Of a DNA stretch of 64,000 nucleotides, positions 52,673 to 62,238 are shown piece by piece (position 1 is the stretch's first letter; each line of letters starts with the position of its first letter). Both the position numbers and the translations under genes were made by a program. Under the pieces are notes generated by a model. The model did no database searches and had not been told where the DNA came from. It saw only the letters and a list, made by a program, of their open reading frames with translations. Source of the stretch: Bacillota bacterium (GTDB lineage Bacteria; Bacillota; Clostridia; Oscillospirales; Oscillospiraceae); contig JAQXVF010000009.1 of NCBI GenBank assembly GCA_029224785.1, forward strand, positions 10,314-74,313, in the 5' to 3' direction.

Positions 52673-52702
52673 GCGCTGCCGGGATTTTTACAAAAGGTTT
52701 AC

Positions 52703-52731
52703 TTGTCGAAAACGGACGGTTGTGGTATAAT
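52703..52731 (+). promoter_or_regulatory. sigmaA-type promoter candidate for the lipoprotein gene
   Basis: TTGTCG (52703-08), 17 nt spacer, TATAAT (52726-31), with TG at 52723-24. Confidence 0.55.
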
Positions 52732-52798
52732 ACCGGAAATCCCCCGCTGACAGGAAAACGGGAGATCCCGCAAAAGAAACTTACAAGGAGGTTCTCCT

Positions 52799-54028
52799 AT
52801 GAAAAGAATGATTGCCGTACTGCTTTGCTTCCTGCTGGTACTGCTGTCCGCCGGATGCAAAAGTGTAGTGCCTTACGATCCCACCACCGTTCCCACGGAA
52901 ACCAACGCCCCCACTGAGACGGAGGCTCCCCCTGTGGAAACCACCGTTATGACGGAACCGGTAGTGCCGAATCCCCCCATTGTCGCCGTTTCCTTCCATA
53001 CGGAACGGGAGGATTTCCGGGCCGATGACGGCAACGTGATCTTCACGTCTTCCGCCCCCAGTCTGGACCTGTTTGCCCCGGAAAATGAGAATATCCGGAA
53101 AATCGTCAGCGATTTTGCTGCCCGAACGGACAGCAGTGAGATCCGAGACCTTCAACAGAACATTCTGGCTCTGGCAAACGAGTGGTATACCCCTGACAGC
53201 GGCTGGTACGCCTATACCATGGAGCAGAAATACCAGGCCGCCAGGATCGACAGCCATATCCTCAGTCTTTCCGGAACCGTGACCAGCTATTCCGGTGGTG
53301 TCCATCCCAACCACTATCTCACCTCCGTCACCTACGATCTTCAGTCCGGAAAGCCCCTGACCCTGTCGGATATCCTCTGTGGAGAGGACAGTATTCCTCT
53401 TCTTTCCGACATGGTTCTGTCCTCCCTTTCCAACAGCGGAGAGAACACCTGGCTCTTTGATGACTATATTTCCGTGGTACTGGACCATTTTGATCCGGAC
53501 AATCCTCTGTTTGACTGTTGGTATCTGAGCGAGAACGGTCTTGTGATTTATTTTTCCGTGTACGAGATTTCCTCTTATGCCGCAGGAGACTTCGTGCTGG
53601 AATACCCCTACAGCAGTCTGGACGGCATTCTGGATCCCGCTTTCTTGCCTGAAGAAACCGGCGATATCTCCGGTGAACTGACGGTACAGCTTCACTCCGG
53701 CCCGGTTCGGGAGGATCTGAATCTGATCTCCGCCATTTATCTTGCCAATGACGGGCCCAAGGTTCTGCTGTCTGCAGACGGGGTGGTGTCCAATGTCCGC
53801 ATTGAAACCGGAAACTGGGGAGGAGACGGGTCCATGTTCTACGTTTCCGACAACCTGTTTGCCGCAAATGTCCTGACTTCCGATCGTTCCGTACTGATCC
53901 AGACCATACTGACGGAATCGAACCCCAACATCCGGATCTCCTATGAGACAACCGAGGGGGAATTCAGCCGTTACCTTGCCATGGATTTCGAAACATCCGA
54001 GTTAAAACTGCTGAGCGGCGCCAAATAA
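52799..54028 (+). CDS. lipoprotein with DUF4163/DUF3298 (RsiV/PdaC-like) domain
   Basis: Signal peptide plus lipobox LLSAGC. Thr/Pro-rich linker. SYSGGVHPNHY...YDLQSGKPLTLSDI is the DUF3298 hallmark. Confidence 0.75.
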   Translation: MKRMIAVLLCFLLVLLSAGCKSVVPYDPTTVPTETNAPTETEAPPVETTVMTEPVVPNPPIVAVSFHTEREDFRADDGNVIFTSSAPSLDLFAPENENIRKIVSDFAARTDSSEIRDLQQNILALANEWYTPDSGWYAYTMEQKYQAARIDSHILSLSGTVTSYSGGVHPNHYLTSVTYDLQSGKPLTLSDILCGEDSIPLLSDMVLSSLSNSGENTWLFDDYISVVLDHFDPDNPLFDCWYLSENGLVIYFSVYEISSYAAGDFVLEYPYSSLDGILDPAFLPEETGDISGELTVQLHSGPVREDLNLISAIYLANDGPKVLLSADGVVSNVRIETGNWGGDGSMFYVSDNLFAANVLTSDRSVLIQTILTESNPNIRISYETTEGEFSRYLAMDFETSELKLLSGAK

Positions 54029-54034
54029 CCTGCA

Positions 54035-54060
54035 AGCCACCGGTTTTCCGGTGGCTATTT
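54035..54060. terminator. bidirectional terminator hairpin
   Basis: agccaccgg tttt ccggtggct between the convergent stops 54028 (+) and 54060 (-). Confidence 0.7.
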
Positions 54061-55874
54061 CACTGTACCGTGATCCGGTAGCTTCGGAGCCATGCGTCCA
54101 TCTGCAGGAAATATGCCATGGTCTGCGGTTCCCGCATGAGCTGACCGTACCAAGGTGTTCCCATTCTGTCTCCGGTCAGTTTTTCTGCTGCATTCGGATC
54201 CATCAGCGACCAGATGGGGGCATTTTTGTCGCTGAGCAGACGATTCATTCCCTCTTTCATGATCCTGCCGTATTCCGGATGGAAGGTCTTGGGATAGGGA
54301 CTTTTCTTTCGCCATAGAATCTGCTCCGGCAGCAGTCCGGTCATGGCCTCCCGAAGAAGCCCTTTCTCCCTTCCCTTGTAGTTTTTCATTTCCCATGGTA
54401 CCCCATACAGGTATTCCGCAATGCGGTAATCACAGAACGGGACCCGGACCTCCAGTCCCCAGTACATACTCATCCGGTCCTTCCGATCCAGCAGGGTCTG
54501 CATAAACCAGTGAAGATTCAGGTTCACCATTTCCTTCATCCGTCTTTCCAGAGGCGAGGTGCCGGGCAGAATATCACAGGCGGAGACTGTCTCCCGGTAC
54601 CGATCCATGGCATAATCCCCCAGCGCATCCCGCCACCGGGGCAGCAGAAGCGCGTGACGCTGCCGAAGATTTTGTGCCCAGGGGAATCCCTCACGGTCCC
54701 GGATCTCCGGATCCCGGTACCAGGGATAGCCTCCAAAGATCTCGTCCGCACATTCGCCGGACAGCGCGACCTTCACCCGCTTTGCGATCTGCCCACAGAA
54801 TACCAGCAGGGAAAAATCCACATCCGCCATGCCCGGAAGATCCCGGGCGCAAGTTGCCGGAACCAGCGCTTCCGCAAGCTCTTCCGGGGATATGGTTGTA
54901 TGATGGGTCTCAAGAGGGAAATGCTCCTCCATAACGGTGATAAAGGGTGCATCCGAATTGGGCTGGAATTTCCCTGCCCGGAAAAACTTCTCATTATCCA
55001 GATAATCCACCGAAAAGGTTGGAAGCACCCTTCCCTGTTTTTCCATTTCCCGACTGCAGACGGCGGTAATCAGGCTGGAATCCAAGCCTCCGGACAAAAA
55101 GGTTCCGATGGGAACATCCGACACCATCTGCCGCCGGATGGCATCCGTCAAAAGCTCCCGGACATGGCTGCAGGTCCGGAGAAAATCCTCCCGGTGCTCC
55201 CGGTCCCGCAGCCTCCAATAGCAGGTCTTTTTCAGATGATCTTCTTCATAAAAACCGTATGTTCCCGGCTCCATCTCGGAGATTCCCCGCAGCACACCGC
55301 AGCCAGGCGTTCTGCCCGGCCCCATCAGGACCAGCTCCGCAACTCCGGTTTCGTCCAATTCCCTCGGAAAACCCGGATATGCCAAAATGGTCTTGATCTC
55401 TGAGGCAAACAGCAGCCCACCACGGTATTCCGCGTAAAAAAGCGGCTTTACGCCGATCCGGTCCCTGGCAAGAAACAGCCTTTCTCTCCCGTGCTCCCAT
55501 ACCGCAAAGGCATAGATTCCGTTGAGTCTGTCAAGGACAGCCTCTCCCCATTGGGTATATCCGTGGAGCAGAACCTCCGTGTCGGAGTGGCCGGAGAACA
55601 CATGGCCCTCTTTTTCCAGTTCCCTGCGCAGTTCCCCGGTGTTGTACAGTTCCCCGTTGTAGCAAATGGTATAGGTCTCCCCCTGCCAGGAGACTGTCAT
55701 GGGCTGTCCGCCTCCCTCCGGGTCAATGATGGCCAGCCGTGTATGGAGCAAACAACCCCGACGGAAGCTCCATTGCCCCTTTCCATCCGGTCCTCTCCGT
55801 TTCATGGTTGCCAGCATAGCCTCCTGTATCCCGTCGGACACAGGAAGGTCCAGTATCCCGGCGATTGCACACAT
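54060..55874 (-). CDS. asnB: asparagine synthase (glutamine-hydrolysing)
   Basis: Start MCAIAGIL at 55874 (Cys2 nucleophile), 6 nt after GGAGAGG. Motif SGGLDSS, with a long AsnB C-terminal domain. Confidence 0.9.
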   Translation of the reverse strand: MCAIAGILDLPVSDGIQEAMLATMKRRGPDGKGQWSFRRGCLLHTRLAIIDPEGGGQPMTVSWQGETYTICYNGELYNTGELRRELEKEGHVFSGHSDTEVLLHGYTQWGEAVLDRLNGIYAFAVWEHGRERLFLARDRIGVKPLFYAEYRGGLLFASEIKTILAYPGFPRELDETGVAELVLMGPGRTPGCGVLRGISEMEPGTYGFYEEDHLKKTCYWRLRDREHREDFLRTCSHVRELLTDAIRRQMVSDVPIGTFLSGGLDSSLITAVCSREMEKQGRVLPTFSVDYLDNEKFFRAGKFQPNSDAPFITVMEEHFPLETHHTTISPEELAEALVPATCARDLPGMADVDFSLLVFCGQIAKRVKVALSGECADEIFGGYPWYRDPEIRDREGFPWAQNLRQRHALLLPRWRDALGDYAMDRYRETVSACDILPGTSPLERRMKEMVNLNLHWFMQTLLDRKDRMSMYWGLEVRVPFCDYRIAEYLYGVPWEMKNYKGREKGLLREAMTGLLPEQILWRKKSPYPKTFHPEYGRIMKEGMNRLLSDKNAPIWSLMDPNAAEKLTGDRMGTPWYGQLMREPQTMAYFLQMDAWLRSYRITVQ

Positions 55875-56051
55875 ATGCATCCTCTCCTTCCTCCTCCATC
55901 ATATGTCCTCTCTTTCTTTTGGTGCGGTTGCCTCTTTTCATCCAATGGGTTTCGTGCTATGATATCTATAATATTGACACATTCCACACGGTTTGGCGCC
56001 TATCTTCCGGAGGGAGGATGGCGTACAATGGGAGTAAAAGGAGTGAACGCC

Positions 56052-57356
56052 ATGCTTCGAATGGAAATCGCCCTGTTTATGGTGCTTGCCTTTGTGGCAT
56101 TCATCTATTTCTCTGCAGAAAAGAAGTACACACTGCTCCACAAAACCTTTTCCTGGCTTCTGATCGTCATGCTGTTTCATCTGGTGATGGACGGCATCAC
56201 GGTTTACACCGTGAACCATCTGGATACGGTGCCGGTGCGGCTCAATGATCTCTTCCACCGTCTTTTCATCGGCTCCATGATCCTGGTGTTTTTCCTGTTC
56301 TATCAGTACATTGCCATTTTGGTAGAGGAAGAAACGGGAAAGCCACGGCGGCTTGACAAGGCTGCCAAAATCTTTCTGCTGATCGCGGAGCTTGGGGATA
56401 TGGTTCTTCCCATCCACTATGCCGTCACTCCTCTGGGAAACTATTCCGACGGGATCCATGTGGTATTCTGCTATCTCAGTGTGGCCTTCTATTTTCTTCT
56501 TTGTGCCGGGCTTCTTCTGATCAACTGGAAAAAAATCCAGCAGAAAAAGAAAACCGCCATCGGCATCGCGCTGCTCATTGAACTGCTGGTGACCTCCCTG
56601 CAGGGACTTCGCCACACCTGGCTCATCAGCGGCATGGGACTGACCCTCATCACCCTGGCCTTCTATCTGATCCTGGAGAACCCGGACATCCTGAGGGCGG
56701 AACTGACGGAGCAGAAAATGTCCATGCTTTACCTGAAAAGCCAGGTCAACCCCCATTTCCTCTACAACACCCTGGATACCATCCGTATCCAGGCACAGCT
56801 CAACGGAGATAAGCAGGTGGCAGAGCTGCTCATGCACCTTGTGGACTTCTTCCGACTCAGCGTGAAGGTGGACCGTCCCATGGTGGATCTGGACGATGAG
56901 ATGGAACTGCTGGAAGCATACATGGAGCTGATGTGTTACCGCTATCCGGAGCTGGAATGCGAATATGACATGGATCCGGACCTGGGCGGCGCACCGGTGC
57001 CCAACTTTATCCTCCAGCCCATTGTGGAAAACAGCCTGCTCCATGGACTGAAAAACAAGGGCTACCGCGGAAAGGTAACCATTTCCGCCCATAAAACATC
57101 GGACGGAAACATGGAGATCCGTGTCCGGGATACCGGCAGCGGCTTTTCTCCCGGGAAGAAGGCCGCCATTGACGAGCTGCTGGAGTCCTACGCAAAGCAG
57201 CCGCCAAAGCTTGTCGGCAACAGCATCGGCATTCTGAATGTTCAGAAGCGGATCAAACTGCTGTGCGGCCGCGCCTACGGTCTATGGTATACCGAAAATG
57301 AAGAAGGTGGCGTTACAGCCCACATCCTGCTGCCGCTGAAGGAGGAATTGATGTGA
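56052..57356 (+). CDS. sensor histidine kinase (YesM/LytS-type, His_kinase PF06580-like)
   Basis: ORF 55491..57356, whose 5' part is antisense to asnB. Start is ATG 56052, 8 nt after AAAGGAG (alternative 56028). Multi-TM N-terminus, then LKSQVNPHFLYNTLDTI and the ATPase motifs NSLLHGL, RDTGSGF, GIGILN. Confidence 0.8.
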   Translation: MLRMEIALFMVLAFVAFIYFSAEKKYTLLHKTFSWLLIVMLFHLVMDGITVYTVNHLDTVPVRLNDLFHRLFIGSMILVFFLFYQYIAILVEEETGKPRRLDKAAKIFLLIAELGDMVLPIHYAVTPLGNYSDGIHVVFCYLSVAFYFLLCAGLLLINWKKIQQKKKTAIGIALLIELLVTSLQGLRHTWLISGMGLTLITLAFYLILENPDILRAELTEQKMSMLYLKSQVNPHFLYNTLDTIRIQAQLNGDKQVAELLMHLVDFFRLSVKVDRPMVDLDDEMELLEAYMELMCYRYPELECEYDMDPDLGGAPVPNFILQPIVENSLLHGLKNKGYRGKVTISAHKTSDGNMEIRVRDTGSGFSPGKKAAIDELLESYAKQPPKLVGNSIGILNVQKRIKLLCGRAYGLWYTENEEGGVTAHILLPLKEELM

Positions 57357-58108
57357 AAAAGCTGCGTGTTCTATTGGTAGACGACGAGATCATGATCCGG
57401 GAAGGCTTTAAGCGGCTGTTTGATTGGGAGGCCCACGACTGCCAGGTTGTAGGAGAAGCGGCTGACGGTATGGAGGCGCTGGCTAAGATCGATTCCCTGG
57501 ACCCGGACATTGCCATCATGGACATCAACATTCCCATAATGAACGGCCTGAAAGTCATCCAGCTTGCCCGGATCAAGCATCCGGATACCGCTTTTGTCAT
57601 TGTATCCGGGTATGATGATTTCTCCTATTGCCGGGAGGCTCTGCGGCTGCAGATCACGGATTACATTCTAAAACCGGTGAATTACGAAGAATTCGGCACC
57701 TGTATTGACAATCTGAAGATCGCCCTGTTTCGCCGCCAGTCCTCCAAAACCGAGGATCTGCAGGAAGAACGAACCATAACCGGCCTTACCCGGTATATGC
57801 AGGAGCATCTGGCAGAGGAGGTTAGCCTGTCTGTTCTTGCCGAGGAGTTCCATCTCAGCGCCCAGTATATCAGCCAGCTTTTCAAAAATGAGATCGGTGT
57901 CGGTTTTTTAACCTATCTCACCAATATCCGTATGGAACAGGCGAAAAAACTGCTGCTTTCCACCTCTCTGTCCGTTGCGGAGGTTTCGGAGAAGTCCGGC
58001 TATGGAGACTACCGGGTGTTTACCAAGGTGTTTAAGAAGTCTGAAGGGGTCACTCCCTCCCAATACCGCCGGGATTTCCTGGAGGATACAAAAAGCGTAC
58101 AGAAGTAA
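57353..58108 (+). CDS. response regulator with AraC-type HTH output (YesN-like)
   Basis: GTG start overlaps the kinase stop. VLLVDDE...DIAIMDINIPIMNG receiver domain. C-terminal AraC HTH (SAQYISQLFK..., GYGDYRVFTKVFKK). Confidence 0.85.
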   Translation: MKKLRVLLVDDEIMIREGFKRLFDWEAHDCQVVGEAADGMEALAKIDSLDPDIAIMDINIPIMNGLKVIQLARIKHPDTAFVIVSGYDDFSYCREALRLQITDYILKPVNYEEFGTCIDNLKIALFRRQSSKTEDLQEERTITGLTRYMQEHLAEEVSLSVLAEEFHLSAQYISQLFKNEIGVGFLTYLTNIRMEQAKKLLLSTSLSVAEVSEKSGYGDYRVFTKVFKKSEGVTPSQYRRDFLEDTKSVQK

Positions 58109-58328
58109 CGCACTGCTCCTATGTTTTTGACACAATCCGTCATAAAATCGACCTATCCAAATCCGGGCCGATCGGGTATCATGATTGCGAAAACCAGCGG
58201 ATGCAGCTTCCCCTCTCCGGGAAAGCTTTCTGCCCTACCCGGAGAAGCCAGGCTATAAAAAGTGGTTTCTCACGAAGGATCATCATACCCGTATTACAGA
58301 AGATCGTAATGAATCGGAGGAAAAAACC

Positions 58329-58520
58329 ATGAATAAACGACTGTACAGATCCAGAGAAAACAGAATGATCGGCGGTGTCTGCGGCGGCATCGCAGAATTT
58401 TTCGGCATCGATCCCACACTGGTGCGCCTTGGCTGGGTAGCCTTCTGCGCCTTAGGCGGAAGCGGCATCCTTGCCTACCTCATTGCCGCCATTATCATCC
58501 CCGAAAAACAGGATTTCTGA
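58329..58520 (+). CDS. PspC domain-containing protein
   Basis: Start MNKRLYRSRENRMIGGVCGGIAEFFGIDPTLVRL at 58329, 8 nt after GGAGG. Canonical PspC motif. Confidence 0.8.
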   Translation: MNKRLYRSRENRMIGGVCGGIAEFFGIDPTLVRLGWVAFCALGGSGILAYLIAAIIIPEKQDF

Positions 58521-58533
58521 GGGGGTTACACTC

Positions 58534-59448
58534 TTGAGCGACATCATAGCAATTGATCACCTTCACAAGTCCTTCGGATCGGTGAAAGCGGTGCAGGATC
58601 TGAGTTTTCGGGTCAAGGAAGGCGAGCTGTTTGCCTTTCTGGGCATCAACGGCGCAGGAAAATCCACTACCATCCATATTCTCTGCGGTCAGCTTTCCAA
58701 GGACAGCGGAAATGTGACCATCTGCGGCACGAACATCGATGAAGACGCCGACCGGATCAAACGAAGCATCGGCGTAGTGTTTCAGAATTCGGTGCTGGAC
58801 CGGGATCTTTCCGTCCGGGAGAATCTGGCCAGCCGTGCAGCCCTCTACGGGATTTTCGGCAAGGATTTTCGGATCCGGCTGGAAGAGCTGTCCCGGCTTC
58901 TGAATTTTCAGGATCTTCTCGGCCGGCCCGTCGGCAAGCTGTCCGGCGGCCAGCGGCGGAGAATCGACATTGCCAGAGCCCTTCTGCACAAGCCCCGGAT
59001 CCTGATTCTGGATGAACCCACCACGGGCCTGGATCCTCAGACACGAAGCACCCTGTGGCGTGTCATCGGTGATTTACGGAAAACGGATAACATGACCGTG
59101 TTCCTCACCACCCATTATATGGAGGAAGCCGCCGATGCCGATTATGTGGTCATTCTGGACCATGGACAAATTGCGGCAGAGGGCACCCCTCTGATGCTGA
59201 AAAACACTTACACCGGGGATTATATTACCCTGTACAGCCAGTCCGAGGCGCAGGTTCAGAAACTGGGGGTTCCATACGAGCCCATCCGGGATGCCTTCCG
59301 GGTGTCGGTTCCCAACACCGCCACAGCAACGGAGCTGATTCTGGAATATCCGGAGGTTTTCCGGGATTATGAGATCACAAAGGGCAAGATGGACGATGTG
59401 TTTCTTGCCGTAACCGGAAAAGCCCTGACAGGAGGTGCTGAAGCATGA
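58534..59448 (+). CDS. ABC transporter ATP-binding protein (ABC-2/DrrA-type)
   Basis: Probable TTG start at 58534 after GAGGGGG. Motifs GINGAGKST, LSGGQRRRIDIARAL, ILILDEPTTGLD. Confidence 0.85.
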   Translation: MSDIIAIDHLHKSFGSVKAVQDLSFRVKEGELFAFLGINGAGKSTTIHILCGQLSKDSGNVTICGTNIDEDADRIKRSIGVVFQNSVLDRDLSVRENLASRAALYGIFGKDFRIRLEELSRLLNFQDLLGRPVGKLSGGQRRRIDIARALLHKPRILILDEPTTGLDPQTRSTLWRVIGDLRKTDNMTVFLTTHYMEEAADADYVVILDHGQIAAEGTPLMLKNTYTGDYITLYSQSEAQVQKLGVPYEPIRDAFRVSVPNTATATELILEYPEVFRDYEITKGKMDDVFLAVTGKALTGGAEA

Positions 59449-60347
59449 CCGGACTTGGGGCGCTGATTCAGCGCAATACCAAACTGTACTTCAAGGATAA
59501 GGGAATGTTCTTTACCTCCCTCATCACACCGGTGATCCTGCTGGTGCTGTATGCCACTTTCCTGGCAAATGTCTACGAGAGCAGCTTTCGCTCCGCCTTG
59601 GAGGCTGCGGGAGCCACGGTATCCGATAAGGTCATCTGGGGCTGTGTAGGCGGTCAGTTGGTGTCCTCTCTTCTGGCCGTCAGCAGCGTTACGGTGGCCT
59701 TCTGCACCAATCTTCTGATGGTCCAGGATAAGATTACCGGTGCCCGTCAGGATCTGACCATCGCTCCGGTGAAATCCGGCACCCTGGCGCTGAGCTATTA
59801 TCTATCCAGTGTAGTGTCCACTCTCCTGATCTGCTTTACCACAGCCGGAATCTGCATGATATATCTTGGCTGTGTGGGATGGTTCCTGACTGCAGGAGAC
59901 GTAGCTGCCCTGCTGCTGGACGTGGTGCTTCTGGCACTGTTCGGCACGGCGCTGTCCTCCTGTATCAATTTCCCCCTCACCACCAGCGGCCAGGCCAGCG
60001 CCGTGGGTACGATCGTCAGCGCAGGCTATGGTTTTCTCTGCGGCGCGTATATGCCAATTTCCAGCTTCTCCGAGGGATTGCAGAAGGTCATTTCCTGCCT
60101 GCCCGGCTCCTACGGCACATCCCTGCTGCGCAATCATGCCTTAAGGGGCGTATTTGCGGAGATGGAGCGGATGGGCTTTCCGCCTGTTGTGGTGGAAGCC
60201 ATTCGGGACAGCGTAGACTGTAACCTGTATTTCTTCGGAAATAAGGTCTCCCTGCGTGCTATGTATCTGGTTCTGGTCTCTTCCATCGTCCTTTTCCTGA
60301 TACTCTATGTGGCAATGAACATCCGCTCCGGAAGGAAAAAGAAATAA
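59445..60347 (+). CDS. ABC-2 type transporter permease
   Basis: ATGA overlap with the ATPase gene. 300 aa, about 6 TM, typical ABC-2 organisation. Confidence 0.75.
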   Translation: MTGLGALIQRNTKLYFKDKGMFFTSLITPVILLVLYATFLANVYESSFRSALEAAGATVSDKVIWGCVGGQLVSSLLAVSSVTVAFCTNLLMVQDKITGARQDLTIAPVKSGTLALSYYLSSVVSTLLICFTTAGICMIYLGCVGWFLTAGDVAALLLDVVLLALFGTALSSCINFPLTTSGQASAVGTIVSAGYGFLCGAYMPISSFSEGLQKVISCLPGSYGTSLLRNHALRGVFAEMERMGFPPVVVEAIRDSVDCNLYFFGNKVSLRAMYLVLVSSIVLFLILYVAMNIRSGRKKK

Positions 60348-60365
60348 CCGCACATCCTGTCCTTT

Positions 60366-60400
60366 GGGGCAAAGCATCCTCTGCTTTGCCCCGGTTTCTA
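60366..60400 (+). terminator. terminator candidate after the ABC-2 operon
   Basis: 10-bp stem ggggcaaagc / gctttgcccc, loop atcctct. The T-tract is weak (ggtttct). Confidence 0.5.
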
Positions 60401-60501
60401 TAAAACAAACACATTTCATCGAAGAAAATGCCTATCCCAATCAGCCGTTTGGTGGTATTCTGTTTTTATCCAAGGCCAAATCCCCTGTCAGGAGGTTTTT
60501 C

Positions 60502-60906
60502 GTGAACAACTCCAGAGTATTCCGATGGATCATCGCCGCAATATGTATCCTGTGCGCTGTCGTGTTCCTATGCACCGCTCTTTCCTATACCCCGACCTTT
60601 CAGGGAAACCGGGTCAAGAATCCGGACTCCTATCAACTGGAGATCCAAAAGATGAACGGTACCGAGTCCCACACGATGGAATTGGAAAAGGGCGATTCTC
60701 TGCGAATCCGATTGGAAACCGATAGTGGCACCCTTTCTCTGGAGATCAAAGGGCCGGACGGTACCATGATTTACCAGGGTAACGGAACAGCGGCAACCGA
60801 TTTCACTCTGAACATCCCGGAAAGTGGAATCTATTCCATTCAGGTCGATGCAAAGAATGCCCGGGGGATCCTTCATATCCGGGCAGAAAAAGCAGAACAT
60901 CCCTGA
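60502..60906 (+). CDS. hypothetical membrane-anchored protein with a small beta-rich ectodomain
   Basis: GTG 60502, 6 nt after AGGAGG. TM WIIAAICILCAVVFLCTAL. No recognisable family. Confidence 0.55.
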   Translation: MNNSRVFRWIIAAICILCAVVFLCTALSYTPTFQGNRVKNPDSYQLEIQKMNGTESHTMELEKGDSLRIRLETDSGTLSLEIKGPDGTMIYQGNGTAATDFTLNIPESGIYSIQVDAKNARGILHIRAEKAEHP

Positions 60907-60973
60907 CACACGGTCAGTTCATCGGCAGAGGGTCTGACCATAAGAATCCATCTACGAATCGGAGGAACCAAAC

Positions 60974-61246
60974 ATGAAGGAAATGCTTCTCGCTGCACTT
61001 CCCTGGGTGCTGTGCGGCGTGGCCGCAGCGATTATCTGCGCCAATCTGGGACAAAAGAAAAAGGATAAAAGCAAAAAACCGGACAAACGCATGGCCATCG
61101 GTATGGCTTTGGGGCTGATGCTGGGTCCGGCACTGACCCGTGTGGGGCTTTGGGAGAATCATGGCATCGGAATCGCCATTGGGATCCTGTGGGGCATGGC
61201 CCTGGCATCCATGTTCCCCGAAAAGGGAGATGACCAAGATGCCTGA
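60974..61246 (+). CDS. hypothetical small membrane protein
   Basis: ATG 8 nt after GGAGG. Two or three hydrophobic segments separated by a Lys-rich loop (GQKKKDKSKKPDKR). Confidence 0.55.
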   Translation: MKEMLLAALPWVLCGVAAAIICANLGQKKKDKSKKPDKRMAIGMALGLMLGPALTRVGLWENHGIGIAIGILWGMALASMFPEKGDDQDA

Positions 61247-61285
61247 CCATGTAAAAAAGCAAATAAAGCCATCGTATCCCTCACA

Positions 61286-61873
61286 ATGGCAGACTGTATC
61301 ACACTTCTTCGAATTTTCGGAACGGCGGGACTGCTGTTTTTCCTCCCTCTCTCCCCTGCTTTCTTCCTGCTCTACACCTTCACCGGAGTAACCGATATTC
61401 TGGACGGCTGGATCGCCCGAAAAACCGGCACCTGCAGCGATGCCGGCGCAAAACTGGACTCCATTGCCGATCTGCTGTTTTACGGTGTGACCATCAGCAA
61501 GCTCCTTCCGATTCTGTACCGTATTCTCCCCGAAGTCTTCTGGCTCATGCTGCTGGCGGTAGCAGCTCTCCGGGTTGCATCCTACGCCATTGCCGGCATG
61601 AAATTCGGCTGTTTTGCTTCCCTGCACACCTATCTCAACAAGCTTACCGGTGCTGCCGTCTTTCTGGTTCCCTTTTTCCTTCGTTTCTCCTGCGGAGAAA
61701 TCTATTGCTGGATCATCTTGGCCGTAGCGGGGATCGCCTCTGCAGAGGAGCTTCTGATCCATCTATGCAGCCGCGAATACCGACCCAATCGGAAGAGTCT
61801 GTTTCTTCAAGATGCCATCGCTTCCGGAAAAGAATCGTCCTCCGGTCCGGACAAAACCCTACAGATTCAGTAA
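61286..61873 (+). CDS. CDP-alcohol phosphatidyltransferase family protein
   Basis: DILDGWIARKTGTCSDAGAKLDSIADL matches D-x2-DG-x2-AR...G-x3-D-x3-D. Multi-TM. Confidence 0.8.
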   Translation: MADCITLLRIFGTAGLLFFLPLSPAFFLLYTFTGVTDILDGWIARKTGTCSDAGAKLDSIADLLFYGVTISKLLPILYRILPEVFWLMLLAVAALRVASYAIAGMKFGCFASLHTYLNKLTGAAVFLVPFFLRFSCGEIYCWIILAVAGIASAEELLIHLCSREYRPNRKSLFLQDAIASGKESSSGPDKTLQIQ

Positions 61874-62007
61874 GCTTGCATCCAATCATTACAATTCGGG
61901 ATCCCTCAACGGTGTCATCCGTATACGCACAACGCGTCATGCTTCACGCTCTGGGTGACAAGCGTAGGCCGTTGCCCGGCCAGACAGGATCATCGATAAC
62001 ATTGAAA

Positions 62008-62040
62008 ACAGGCCGGAAAGACAATCCGGTCTGTATTTTT
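62008..62040 (+). terminator. Rho-independent terminator candidate
   Basis: acaggccgg / ccggtctgt (9 bp with one G-U), loop aaagacaat, then attttt. Confidence 0.55.
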
Positions 62041-62116
62041 CAGATTCCTGAAAGGCGGCAACCAGCACAGACATATCCACCCCACCGCAGGCCTGAACGC
62101 AGTGGGAAGAAAGAAT

Positions 62117-62145
62117 TTGACACCCGTACCCCTGCGTGGTATAGT
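62117..62145 (+). promoter_or_regulatory. sigmaA-type promoter candidate for metY
   Basis: TTGACA (62117-22), 17 nt spacer, TATAGT (62140-45). Confidence 0.6.
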
Positions 62146-62238
62146 ACAACCGGAAACACACAAAAGAGGATTCGGAAAACGAACCCTGTTCCTTTCCGTT
62201 TCCCCAAAAGAGAGATTACAAACATGGAGGAAAATTCT

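Noticed and set aside
55491-56051. 5' extension of the histidine-kinase ORF (621 aa in the track), and similarly 61705..62238 for metY, 20145..21302 for ispE and 47041..48228 for tsaD
   Set aside because: The extensions overlap or are antisense to neighbouring genes or leaders and lack family similarity. Internal ATG/GTG/TTG codons with proper Shine-Dalgarno spacing coincide with the canonical protein N-termini.
61874-62238. Expected S-box (SAM) riboswitch or Met T-box upstream of metY
   Set aside because: I looked on both strands for S-box core elements and for the T-box GGUGGNACCGCG motif and found neither. The region is better explained by a terminator (62008..62040) plus a TTGACA-17-TATAGT promoter with a roughly 90-nt unstructured-looking leader.
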